Assembly (NCBI RefSeq): GCF_009914755.1
Contig: NC_060933.1
DNA length: 64,000 bases
DNA from: the human T2T-CHM13v2.0 reference genome, Homo sapiens
Strand: one strand, 5' to 3'
A program made the position numbers and the translations under genes. Of the stretch, positions 25,560-38,719 are shown in pieces; position 1 is the stretch's first letter; each line of letters begins with the position of its first letter. The notes under the pieces were generated by a model. That model worked only from the letters and a program-made list of their open reading frames with translations. It had not been told where the DNA came from and did not search any database.

Positions 25560-27570
25560 TTAGGATGCAGTAAAGGTAGAAGGTGAAACATTGGGCTTTA
25601 TGGCAACTGTGTGCTTGAAATTTTGGAGCAATGATAATTCCATGAATTGAGGAGCAGGCAAGCCTCTGTTGACAGCATTGCAAGCTTTGCAAAAAGAAAG
25701 TTTTAATCTCAGAGCAGCCAACTCCCAACTCAAGACACACTGTGAAATCCAGAGGGGCTTTCTAGCAGATATAAAGAAATTCCTATCTCTTTGGTGCTCC
25801 AAGGCCTGCTGTGCTGAAAATCATGTATAGAATTTGACAAGTAGAAGCCACATCTTTGGAACTGAAACTGTCCCATCCCCCTACTCCAAATAAGAGAGTA
25901 AAACGGTAATAGTGGAAGAGCTGCAGAGGAGATTGGATATGCACTCTTGACAGGTCTTATGTATTAAAATTGTGGCCCCGACAGGGAAAGGGTATGGCCC
26001 TGAGACCTGGGGTTGGGATAATAGGGTTGGCAAAGCAGAGAAGCCTGAAATCTTTCCAATTCCCCTGAATCTTTCAAGCCAGCAGAGGCAGAATTCTTTC
26101 CCCCTTTGCCAGAGGAAAACAGCCTTGCTTAAAGACTATGCAACAACTTCTCCAAGAGCCTGTGCCTTGAAAGATGATTTTATTCTCTTCAAGATCTGCC
26201 TCATGATCACTCATTGCCTTCAGGCTAATAGTTCCTCATAGCTGTCAGGCCAATAACTCAAGCACAGCCAGAGCAGTAAACACAATTCCCATTCCAGAAG
26301 GAGATAATTTACATACCTAAAAAACTGCAGAAGCCAGATAATATTTTCTGCTAAGAACTAGGAAATATTGTATTAGATTAGATTTTAAGTCCATAAAGAG
26401 GGCAGGATGTAAGTGAGGAGAGAGTGCAACTCATTGAAATGGCGCACTCATAGTTTCAGTGTTCTAACAAGACACCAGAAGCCAGTCCTAATAATCCACT
26501 GGATGTCACTTTAAAGCTTGGTCATCATGATGGCCTGCAGTCAATGAGGTGGAGATTTCAGAACTTCTGCTGCATTGAGGAAGGAGTCAGAAGGCTCAGG
26601 GACATGGAAATTCTAGATGGATTGACTATGGAATACCTAAGAACATTCAACCTGACTATTTTCTCGGAGCACAGGAAACTTTCCTTTTACAAGGTAATAG
26701 GGAAAAAACTGATTAGGTAACAGTGGCATCTTTGAGAGCCTTAGAGTAGTTGTCCTTGGTAGATGAAAGATGGTGGTAGGTGATGTAGCCATTAAATTGT
26801 GCTCTGAATGAACACATTTTGGAGGACATTTCAGAATGTCAGAGCAGGAAAGCAGTAATTATCTGGCCTAGGCAATAATGGCATAATTACTGTGTAAAAA
26901 GCTAGGGTAGAGTAGCAATCGGACACCTTGACCTATAAGAACCTTTGGTGTTAATAGATCCTAGTGTTACTAGAGAGGTAAAATAGATGGAAAGTCAGCT
27001 AGGATAGTGCTCAATTTGTATAACAAAAAATGGCTAGCTCATGAGCAGAAGAATGATGTCAGCTGTCACAATGGAAATATTAAGTCCCTCACCCAGATTC
27101 CAGATCCAAGTGGTCCAGACTTAAGTAGAGTCCCAGTCCTCTTGAGGAAGGACCCTCACTGCCACCACAAGCACACACAGAAAACATTCCCCACTCCTTC
27201 TCCAGAGAGACCAGGGTTTCTATGACAAAGCAACCGTGGTGAAGGAAGGATACCTCGATTTTTTGAGAAATGTTAGATGAGAAGTTTGAGCTGATATTGA
27301 TACAAAAAAAATCTAGAATGTCTCTGGTTAGTGAAGGCTGTGGAGGATAGGTAATAAGTGGAGTTTTGGACCAAGTCCATCTCACAGTGTATCCACTTGT
27401 TTCATGCAAACCCTATGATTATTTTCCTGGTCCCTGAATATGTAATTGGGAAAGATATATTCAGCATCTGGAAGAACCCTACACCATGGGTAACCTGGCC
27501 CATGAAGAAAGGGCTTTTATGGTAGAAAAGTACAAGCAGAGGACCCATCCCTGAAATTTCATCATCTCCA
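25560..27570 (+). mobile_element. Degenerate ERVL internal region (gag and protease)
   Basis: Broken-frame matches to ERVL gag YTPKELQ / WILR / FNVL (about 26310-26475) and protease LLD..ELTLI, GGQVINGVL, ISPVPE.IIG.DI..W.NP (about 27270-27540). Confidence 0.75.
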
Positions 27571-28479
27571 GGTAGGTAAAATTATCTTCTTCAATTTATG
27601 GATTGAAATTAATCTCAGGGAGATTAAATTAACTTGGCTAAGGCTTTGCAGTTGGTAATTGACAGAACCAAGATTTAAACATAGTTCCATCTGGATCTAG
27701 AGTCTGAATCATCTGGCTTTTAACTACTACCTATTTTGTTTATGCTTTTATGTTCTATAACTGTAATAAATGTAAAAAAACAGTCTAGTTTAGTCTCAAG
27801 CTTCTTGACAATATTTGGCACACCTCTTAATTGATCCTATGTATATATTTTTCTTCATATGAGAATCCATTTAAAATTGTATCTACAGGCTTTGGGGTAA
27901 AACCCCTGAGCCAATTATTTTCAGTAATGCCAGAGGTACCCAACATATTAAGAAGAATTACATTTGGGAATGATGATTCTTTATGATGGGCCTTACTCTC
28001 AGGAGATAATTCTCATCACCTTGATTAATGGGGCCCAAGGAATCATCATATAAAAGATAATTAATATTTTTATAGGTGACTGCTACTAGCATCAGAATGT
28101 AATAATTTGGTCTACTAAGAGAGAGCCTCATAATTGGTTATTTGGAAAGGATAAAGTTATATAGTTATTGCAGACTGTGTACTAAGATGAATTTCAGAGT
28201 TAAATGCAAATTTTAAAAAATGTTACATGGAAAAGTAAAAACTTTAAAAAAGGAAGTTAATACCCAATTCATGGGGAGGGGGACAGGGAGCTAAAAAATT
28301 ACAAAGGAAAATAAAGAAACAAGAAAATACAATTACTGGTAGATCCAGCTACATAAAAAGTTTAAGTTGTTTTGTGGTCAAAACTATCACAAATAAAATC
28401 ACAAAGCAAGCTGGAAATTCTGAAGAAAATACGGCAGTCTTAATGTCCTTAATATAGACAGAATTTTTACAAATCAATG

Positions 28480-29600
28480 CATTTGTCTTCTAATCATCAA
28501 AAATGTCTGCAGCAACTACTGTTAACCAGGTTGGATGATGGGGCTACAGAAGTAAATGGAGCAGCCACACTTAGGGAACTTGTAGTCTCATGGGGGAGAT
28601 AGACAATAAATAAGTAAAAACATATAATATGGTATATGGTGATACGTGGTATAAAGAAAAATGAATTGAGAAGTGTGGTACAGGCTTGCAGGAGGAAAGA
28701 GACTGCAGTTTGTAATTAATAGAAGGTTTCTCTGGGACGGTGGCATGTGAGCAAAGACCTGCAGGAGGTGAGAAAAGTCACCGGATTGTCTGTGTCTTGG
28801 GCAGAGCGAATGTCAGGGAGGCAGGAGCATGCCTGATTTGTTCCAGGGAAAGCAAGGAGGCCAGCCATTGAGGCCAGAGGGGAGACAGAGTGAGAGAGGA
28901 AGTAGTAGGAGACAGAGTCAGAGGGGTAGCAAGGTAGGAACTAGATCATGTGTGGTCTTCCCAACCATTATGAGAACTTTGGCTTTCACTATGCAGAAAC
29001 AGGGAAGCCACTAGAAGACTTTACACAGTGAAATAATATAATCTGAATTATGTTTCATCAAGAGCGTGGTTGTTGTTTAAAAAGAGGATTTAAGTTAGAA
29101 GGCTATTGCCAAGACTGTAGTAGACACAGGGGTGTTTTGTTTTGCAAAGGTGGGCAGTGGGGAGATGGTGAGGATCAGTAGCTTGCATTTAAGCATGTTA
29201 ATTTTGAGATGCCCAATAGACATCCAAGTGGAGTTGTCAACAGCCAGTTGGACATCCAAGTCTGTGGTTCTGGGCAGAGGTCTGGGCTGGAGTTCTAACT
29301 ATGTGAGTTGTAGACAGAAAGATGGTATTTATAGCCAAGAGACAGAATGAGATCAAGTAAGACAGTGAGTGTTGACAGAAAGGGGAAGACATGTAAGAAA
29401 GAAACCTGGAGTCACTCCAATGTTAAAGATTTGGGCCATGAGGAAGAATCAGCAAAGGAGACTGAGAAGTAGGAGCCAGAAAGGTAGGAGAAAAACCAGG
29501 TTCAGGCTTGAGAAGCGGAGCAAAGAGAGTCAACTGTGTCAAGTGCAAATAATAGGAAAATCAGGTGAGGACTGAAAACTGACTGCATCTGATGATCTGG
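28480..29600 (-). mobile_element. L2 LINE fragment
   Basis: ttttgagatgcccaatagacatccaagtggag; gatggtatttatagcc; ggactgaaaactgac. Confidence 0.75.
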
Positions 29601-30579
29601 TTTAGCCAGTTGGTTGCTCCTTAATCTCTCAGCTGAGAGATCTCACCCAGACTTATTTTTCGCACCACTCCTCACCCCGCTCCCAGCGTACATATCCACT
29701 TCTTTGCTTCTTCTGACAGAAATCACGCAAGCATTCACCACCTGTTTCCTGGATCAAAGCAGCAAGATACTCAAATGCCAGTCATCTAATGCAGAAACCT
29801 CACAAAGGGAGAGGAATTAGAAGGAAAGCAAAGGCTGTGAATTTTGATAACTATATATTTTTTAAAATATTTTTCTGTTTGTTGACTAAAAATAATCGTT
29901 CAAATGCACCAGCTATCAAAGAAATACAGATTAAAAATAAACTGGCCACCATTTTTTTTGCAAATCAAATTGGCATTTTAAAAAGCATATCCCGTATGGG
30001 CAAGAGTTAGCAGACATTCCCAAATACCACTGGTGGAAGTGTTAATTGGTAAAACTTTTCTAGAGGGCAATTTGGCAATATATAAGAATAATTTTTTATA
30101 AGTTGCTTCTTCACATTTTTTGGTCCAGTAATTCTGCTTTTAGCAATTTATCATACGGAAATAATCAGAATGTACACCAAAATTTATATGAAAGGAGGTT
30201 CACTTTAGTGTTGTGTCTTATAGAATTTAGGATATAGAATTCTATAGGATTCTATATTCTTACAGAATATTGAAACCTTGCTGTGGTTTGTTATAGAATC
30301 TATAGGACTAAAATAGCAATTCAAATAATTTAATATTCAACATTGAAACTTGAGTTAATAAATTATGAGTAACAAAATACTCTTCAGCCAAAAGTATGTA
30401 AATGATATGAGAACATGTCAACAAAGTATTGTGAAAGTAAAAAAACAAAACAAAACAAAACCAAGCTATAAAATGGTACTTATGATTCTGTTTTTGTAAA
30501 GAAAGGAGAGAAAAACCGGAAATATATCACCTACAATCTTAATAATTATTTTCATGCATGTTTGGGCATACTGAAGTTT

Positions 30580-32010
30580 TTATTCATTCAGAAACATTTA
30601 CTGAGAGCCTACCCTGTGGCAGGCACTGTTCTGGGTGCTTGGGATACATCAGTGGAAACTGACAGCACTGCTGACCTTGCAGTGCTTACATTTTATCAAG
30701 AGGGATACAGACCATAGATAATAATAGGAAGGGGTTATATATCTTTTAGGATGCTGTAAGTGTTCGAGGAAAAACACAGAATTGAAAAAGAAGGGTTGGG
30801 CATGGTATGGGTACAATTTAAAATAGGATGGTCAGGGTAGATCTCATTGAGAAGGTGGCATTTGACAAAGACTTCATGGAGTTAAAAGAATTGACCACGT
30901 GAACATTGAGGAAAAAGTATTCAAAGTAAAAAAAAAAAACAAAAAAAACTGCAAATGCGAAGGCCCTAACTTAGGAGCATGCCTGATGTGTCTGAGGATC
31001 AGCACACAGGCCTGTGCAGCAGGAGCCAAATGAACATGGTAGTAGGAAATGAGACTAGAGAGTACCTAGGAGCCAGACTATGAAGAAGCTCCTGCGAGGC
31101 TTTGGCTCTGTTGAGAAGAGACAGGTAAGAAGCTATTGCAGTAATCTAGATGAGAGACGATGGTGTTGAGAAAACGAGGAAACAGAGAATATAATAAAAA
31201 TTGGTGTGATTCTGGATACGTTTTGAAAATAGAACCAATATAATTACTTGACGGTTTGGATTCAGGAGATAAAGAAAGAGAGGCCTTCAAAATTCTTGGC
31301 TTGAATGATGGAGAGGATAAAGTTGTTATCAACTGAGACAGAAAAACTGTGAGTACAGTAGGTTTTGGGTAGACATTGGGAGATCAGAAGTTGAATTTTG
31401 CACACAGTAAATTTCTGCAAGGGGGGAAACATCCAGGAGGCAATTGGCTAGGAAAATACAAAGTTTGGAGGATACGTCTGCACTGGAGAGGGACACTTGG
31501 GAACCATTAGTCTATGGATGGTATTTGTAGTTATGAGAATGGGTGAGCTCACCAAGTGAGCCTGCACAGAGAAAAGATCCAAACACTGCGTCTTGGGGCA
31601 CTCCAACATCAGGGTCTTATGGAGACAAGTAACAGCGAAGGGATAGCTGGTTGAGAAAGTTCCAGCAAGGGAGGAGAAAAATCAAAAGATCATGGGGCAA
31701 AAAGAGTGTTTCAAATGATGCCGGTAAGTTAAATAAGTTGAGAAGTGACAGTTGATCACTGGAATTAGCAATGTGGAGGTCAGGGCACTGGTGACCTCGA
31801 AAAGAGTGGTTTTGGAGAAATGGCTCCAGTGAGAAACAGAAGGGGGGAATTGGACACTGAGTATAGACAACTCTTTTGAGGAATTTTGCTGAAAGGGGCT
31901 TAGAGAATTGGCCATGGCTGACTGGGAAAGCGACATCTAGAGAAGATTATGTTTTCGTTTTTGTTTCTGTTTTTCATTTTTAGATGCAATAAATAGCAGC
32001 ATGTTGGTAC
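30580..32010 (-). mobile_element. L2 LINE 3' fragment
   Basis: ttcattcagaaacatttactgagagcctaccctgtggcaggcactgttctggg (L2 3' end) followed by L2 body. Confidence 0.8.
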
Positions 32011-33091
32011 GTGGTGGAAATCTGAGCCAAACCACTGTGATCATTAATATCCTCAAGTTAGTAAGATGGCAGCAGATGGTATGGTTGGAAGGTCACACAA
32101 GGACTGCCTGGACAACAAACCTCTAGTTTGTTGGTCTGGTCTATTCTGCTACTTAAAATTCGTAACCCTTTCATCTCTGCATTTCCTCAGGAGGTCATAA
32201 TTCAAATGTAATCATTTAGGGTCAGCATAATCTCACAGAACAATGATTATTGAGGTAAAAGCTCCCCCACCGTCCCCCTGCCCCAACTGACACATATATA
32301 CACCAAGAAGCCATTCACCCCCACGGGAAAGCCTGTGGCTTAGAATCTCAGAATTGTAGATTCAACAAAACCACAAAATGCCCTGAATCTGTGCTAGGAA
32401 AGTCTACTTTGCCAAAAAAAAAATGGAAAGAAAAATCAGCCATTTGACCCCACTCCTCAAAGAGTTTAGTAGCCCAGGAAACCAAAGTACCTCCTATTTG
32501 CTGTCCCTTCTCTAGGATTACAAAGAGAAAAACCCAGAAATCAACTTTGGACCTCTTTGTATTATAAGGCCCTGTATACCTCAGACCAAAGTCAAACCTT
32601 AAATTTGAGGATCCTGACCCCCCTGCAGGCCATGCCTGTGCTCCCACACATGTAACATTCCAACAAGGATGAGATCTGCTCTCTTTCTCCCTCCCATTCT
32701 CGTTCCTTCCTTCTTCTTGTAAAAACCAGTTCTCAGAAAGGAATCCCAGAAACAATGGTGGTTTAAAACCGGCAGGAGCTTTTGTATCAGTTCCCATTCT
32801 ACACATAAAGAAATTCAATCTCAGACGGGTGAGGTGGGTGTAAAAGCCAACCGCCAATTAAAACTCAAAAAGGGTTTGATCAACTCATTTATCAGGTGTA
32901 CTGATTGATATGTTCTCTGACAAGGTCAAGTCCTAACAGAAGCCATTGCCCTGAGTCAAAGAAGTGGATGGTGAAAAATGGGAAGAGAGCAACAGCAGGC
33001 AGGGGAGGATATTGTTTTAGCAGCAGGATAGCTTTCCGGATGTTTGATGTTGCATGAACGGCTCCTTGATTCACCTGTCTCTGATTTATGA

Positions 33092-33327
33092 GTAGTGGTC
33101 TCAACTGGGGGTGATTTTGACCTGCAAGGGGACATTTGGCAATGTCTGGAGAGCGTTTGTGGTTGTCATAACTCTGGGGGGAAGATGATATCTAGTAGGT
33201 AGAGACCAGGGATACTGCTAAACATACTACAGTGTACGGGATAGGTGCCTCACTGCCGCCGCCTCCCCTCTCCCCACCAAACAAGAGGCATATGACCCCA
33301 ATTAGCAATAGTTTTAAAAACTCTGGT
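33092..33327. mobile_element. MER20 (hAT-Charlie MITE)
   Basis: gtggtctcaactgggggtgattttg...ggggacatttggcaatgtctggag. Confidence 0.85.
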
Positions 33328-33368
33328 TTACTTTGAAGGGAAAGGAAGGGAGGAGAAAAGAACATTAC

Positions 33369-33459
33369 CAAAAATTGGCTCTGGAGAAGTGTTCCACGTA
33401 GAGCTGTTCATCAGAAAAAGGGGCCAAGTGGATGTCGCTGAATGTCGGGAACATCATTC
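33369..33459 (-). pseudogene. CARM1P1: CARM1-like exon, 91 nt: (G)[29 protein letters not shown](W)
   Basis: Not in the ORF track; read by hand. Acceptor ttttgctcattag|GA and donor TTTTG|gtaatg; matches CARM1 [31 protein letters not shown]. Confidence 0.96.
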
Positions 33460-34639
33460 CTAATGAGCAAAACACAACAGACCCAGAAGTCAGTTTCTAT
33501 TGCTTTCTGATTGAAGGCTATACTCACCTGCCACCTGAGAGCAATTCCATTCTTTTGCTTCAGTTATGACATGACAGCATAAAATATAATTTTGTCTCAA
33601 TGCAAGTATAAAAAATTAGGCAGAAGAGTAGAGGGGCTATAGAAAAGAATATCAAAGCAAGTCAGAAAGCAATACAATGATAAAAGCTTGTAGAGACTTA
33701 GGCAAGCCGTTTAACCTGGCAGTTGCCTTCTCAGCTACTGGCTTTTTTTTTCCTTTCTGTATGTCCTATGAATTCTGGATATGTTTATTTATTTATTTAA
33801 TCTCTTATTTATTGTAACAATAATTTAGCTTTAAAAATAATCACAATCCCATCCTTCCATCACATTATTATTCTCATTCTCAGACTTTGTCCATGTAGAA
33901 TCAGATCGACCACCTGTCTTCTTAGGTGCTGTTGGGATTTATGTTTTTATGGATGCTCACCAATCTTTATGCTGGGAAATACACATTTGTGCTTATTTCT
34001 TGGCATCCACAATCACCACAGGAAAGGTAGATTCTTCAGTGGGCAAATGAGCACCTAGATTGGCATGCCTGAAGTCGGGCCTTTCTGAGTAGGCAGACCT
34101 GATGATCAGCATTGTTACTCTTGCAATTTTAGGGAAAATCTTTTTATAGCCATTTATTAAATTGCACATGAAAGAAAGAGGAACTATTAACTATATTTCA
34201 GAAATAAGGCTGACTTAAGACACCAGAGATGTTGTCATAAAAACAACAATAATAGCTAAAATTTCTCAGTTATGATAACCCTGTCATGTACTTTTCCAAG
34301 GGCTTCCCATGCATTAATTTATGTAATTCTCATACTAAGATAAAGTGGGTTCTATTATTATGTGCATTTTATAAACAAGAAAACAGAGAAATTTACATTA
34401 TTTGGTCACGATCACAGAGCTAACAAATAGCGGAGCAAAATCCAGGGAGTGGAATCTCATCTGATAGTCAGTGCCCCATCCTGAAACTATGTGGCTTTCC
34501 ATATCTGTTAAAACAGATTATTTTACTTGGGGTATTTTCAGAAGTGGTCAGGGGCAAAGCATGATCATAACCTCATTAATATGTCCCCATCTAAATCTCA
34601 GGCATTGGTATCAAAACAATAATGATTGCTTAGTGGTTT

Positions 34640-36185
34640 TTCAATTTCGAGATGATAGAAGGATATTAAATAACCTCAGAGAAGTAATATGTATCTCTGC
34701 TTGTGTAAACTTGGGAAGATTTAGAGGATGATGTTATGAGCCTCAACCTAATAGGAATTCTAAGAATGTCAGATAAAATGGAGGGGAGAAAATCAAATGT
34801 AAAATATTTTGAAAATTCTGAGAGCAGAAGAAAATCAGACTCCTGATTAAACATGTTCACTGAATTTCCAGCACAAGAACTGAAAAAAGATTCTCATTAG
34901 AACACTAGAAATAAAGAGAAGATACTAAAAGCATCTAGAGGGGAAAACTTTGTTACTCTAAAGGAGCAGGTGTCAGAATGGCATTGGAATTCTCAATAGC
35001 AAGATTTGCAGACAGAAACAAAACACAAAAACCAAAACACCAAGCTTTAAAAATATTGAGTAAAAATTGTTTTTAAGTTATATTCTTGACCAAATAATAA
35101 TACAAGGGCTCGATAAAAAGTAACTTCTCAAGCTCCTTTTCTGCAGAAGCTGGTAGAGAATATCCTTTGCCGAAATGATGTCGTAAACCAACAAAGAGGA
35201 AGACAAAAGGATGATGATAGAAAGTCAATGTATGACAGTCATGAGATGGGGCTGGAGAACACTCAGTTCATGTTGCTAGGGAAGGCCAGAGGACTACTGA
35301 ATAGAGGGGAGCAACAGAGGAACACATATTGATTGGCATCTGTCAGATCTACTGGAGCGTAGAAACATTTAGCCACAAATATATAAAAGCTAAGCTAATG
35401 AAAGAAACCAAGACAATTAACTCCAGGAAAAACAAAAGACTATATGAGAAAACATACATAAGCATAGAGCATCTACTATACCAACTGACTCAGAATTCAA
35501 CAATAGTTACATTACATCATAACACTGGAAACGCTGATTCTTAATTTAACCAAATAATGATCTAGGCCTATATTTCTTTATGCTAAATTCTGAGATCTGA
35601 AAAGCAACAGGTTTTTATAAGTTTGCAGCAGCATCATTTCATGGCAAAACCTGACCTGAACTGACAGGACAGTTTATTTGTAGTCTTTATTTATTCCACT
35701 TTGTATCAATATTCTTATGTTTTGTTGCAGCAATATAATGTCTTTCATTACAGAGTGTTGCCTCAGATCCCACTGGGGAGAATTAAGTAATGCATGGTAG
35801 GTGATATTAACTTTCCAAAGTCCTTCTTCTGAATTCTGAAACATATCTGGCACCAAGGGTTGGGATAAAGGAACTGAGGACCTATCTAAATATATTGAGA
35901 GAATGGGGGTGGGGTAGGTGCATCAGGAAGGAAGGAGCTGCTATTCAGGAAAGCTAAATTCTCAAGCAGAGAGTGACGAGAATAGCAATGTAATCATCTT
36001 AGACAGGAATATGTAGGTAAATAATAGAAGAAACAACAGATAGAGTTGAAAGCAGTTGCCTTTGGGGAGCAGTCTGATGATAGAAGGAGGCGTGGCAGAA
36101 GGCTACTATTTTTCATTATAAGCCTTTTTATTATTAATTGATGTTTTAAACTATGTCTTATTTTGATGGAATATATAAATAATTA
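34640..36185 (+). mobile_element. Old L1M fragments with a nested MER96B-like DNA element (about 35565-35884)
   Basis: ORF1-like ataaagagaagatactaaaagcatctagag; MER96-like aattctgaaacatatctggcaccaagggttgggataaagg. Confidence 0.6.
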
Positions 36186-37099
36186 GAAAAAAATCAATCA
36201 CCCTTCCCTGAGGAATACATAGCCTAGAAAGCCAATAAAATCAGTATTCATTTCTACTTGCCTAAAGATATATAGCCCAGTATAAAATGTCATATTCATT
36301 TCAAATACCCGGGGAGAAAAGATACCTAGATATTATCTAAATACTCAGTTTAAGAGGGGCTCAGGTGATGCACGTGAATTAACTACATTACAAATCTCAT
36401 CATACAGAAGCACCTAACCATCTGAAAATGTCCAGGAAAAAAACATACAAATTCTTCCTGGAGGCATTGAGGAGGAAATCCAAGCCACTTTGTACCTTCA
36501 CTTTCATCTCCCACAGTTCAATTTTATCGCATACACACAAGGCTTCCAAGAGCGTCCTGAGCTGTTTTACAGCAAGATTGCTAATGAAGTTCTTGATGTT
36601 AGGTATACTTTGCCTGAGCTTATTTATTTATTTATACATGAGTTTTCTTTTAGTGCCTATTTCTGAAGTTTGAAGCATGTAGGAAATTATAAACTTCAAA
36701 CTTCACTTATATGCATGTTGGTATGTATGAGTTGCATGGTTGTTCACTATTTCGTTTTCATTGAATATCAAGGTACGGAGCTACAACATTGGTAATTTAA
36801 GTAAATACAACTGGGGAAGGAGCTGAAATTCTCATGAGATGCAACTTAAAATTGGCAAGTTATCTGCCATGCTTTAATTGAAAACACCTGCTGTTGGAAT
36901 GTGCCAACTTTCTCTGGTGAAGAGTGGAAAGCTAGTGTGTGTGCCCAAGTTATGAGTGTAGGCTTCAGTGTCAGATGGATGTAGGCTGAAATTCTTGGCC
37001 TGCCAATTGTTAGATGTTTGTTCTCGCCATGTTACTTTTCCTCATTGAGTCTCAGTTTTCTCTTTATAAAATGGGATGATAACAACGTCCCCCGCTAAC

Positions 37100-37315
37100 C
37101 CAGATCTCAATCGTATACCATTGACATTTTGGGCTAGATAATTCTTTGATGTAAGGGACTGCCTTGTGCATCGAAGGATGCTTCACAGCATCTTTGCCCC
37201 TATTCACTAGATGCTAGGATCCCAGCCCCTGCTGCCATTGTGACAACCAAAATGTCTCCAGACATTGTCAAATGTCCCTGGGGAAGGTTGCAAAATTAGC
37301 TTCAAGGATAACCCC
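37100..37315. mobile_element. MER20
   Basis: attgacattttgggctagataattcttt...ttgtgacaaccaaaatgtctccagacattgtcaaatgtccctgggg. Confidence 0.85.
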
Positions 37316-37908
37316 TCAAATAAATTGAAAACCTTCATCATTCAGACTTTATAAGGATTTTATAAAATAATTTATTCAAATTGCTTAGCACATGCAGTCA
37401 CTTGGAAAGCACAAAAAGCATATTAGATTTAATATTATCTTGACTATGTGTAGTGATCATAGACAGAGAGAGAAATACAGTAGGGAAAAAATATACCAAA
37501 AAGAACAAGCAGACCCCAGACAGTTCCTCAATTACAGAAGGCCAACACTTGAAAGGACATTGGAGATTATGTGTAATAATGTCATTATACAGATGAGGAA
37601 ACCAAGGCCAAAAGGTCAAGTGTTAGCCCAAGTTAATTAAGGAATGAAGGGATTGAACTAGGACAAAAAACACAGAACTCAGACCTGGCTCTCTACACCA
37701 TGTTGAATACTGTGCAGCATACCTGTGTTCTTACGATTGGAGATGAGTTAATTTGTTATGGAAGAATGAGATGAGAAAAACAAATAATTGAGTATAACAG
37801 AAATGCTCTCTCCTTCTTTCTGTACAGAACCAGATGTAGGGGACAGAGAGTGGCAAAATTTTACACAGAAGTTAGACTGTTTTTTAAACCAAGAATGGGC
37901 CAACTTAC

Positions 37909-38086
37909 CATTTGATTTTAGCCATTTTTTGGAATGAAGATAACTCTCTAGCATCCGTTCATTGAACAGCATGTATCCCATTGGTTCGGAAATGATCATA
38001 TCTACAGCCTCAGGAAGTGAGACGTCTTCAGTTTTTCCTGGCAAAACAATGATCTTGTCTGAAAGGTGATTGTTTTTCACTAGCAT
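37909..38086 (-). pseudogene. CARM1P1: CARM1-like exon, 178 nt: [60 protein letters not shown] (double-E loop)
   Basis: Acceptor ttttcag|ATG and donor AATG|gtaagt; open frame; contains the [11 protein letters not shown] motif. Confidence 0.97.
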
Positions 38087-38552
38087 CTGAAAAAGATAAA
38101 ATGGGGTGCCAGAACTGTTGTTATTCAGGATCTTATGAAAAATGAGTTTTATCGATTAAGGGCTGAGAATGTGACAGGAAGGAGAAAGAAGTAACATTTG
38201 TTTCTAGAAACACTTCTAAAGAAAAAGAACTTATTTGTCTTACTACACAAAAATTGCATGTTTAATGTAGATAATTTTGGAAAAGATACAGATATAAAAC
38301 ACCTACAATCCTATTGCATAGAAATAATAACTATTAATATTTTGCTGCATTCTCTTCTAGACTCTTTACACAAACATACACATATATGTGTATGTATGCC
38401 AGTATGTGTGGTCTGTGTGTGAGTGTATACATATAAATATATATTTGGGGGGATTTTTTAAATTCATGGCTTCAGTTTATTTCCCATTGTTCTACTTGCA
38501 ATAGAGATGCCAAACAACTCTGTACAATAATCTTCTACAGATTAATGATCTT

Positions 38553-38719
38553 TTTTATTTTTCTTGGTTTTGAGATAGGGTCTCAGTTTGTAGCCTAGAC
38601 TGGAGTGCAGTGGTGTGATCATGGCTCACTGCAGTCTCAACCTCCTGAGCTCGAGTGATCCTGCCACCTCAGCCTCCCAAAGTGCTGGGATTACAGGTGT
38701 GAGCCACTGCACGCAGGCC
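38553..38719 (-). mobile_element. Alu monomer (FRAM/FAM-like)
   Basis: Single arm; TSD aatgatctt at 38544-38552 and 38720-38728. Confidence 0.85.
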
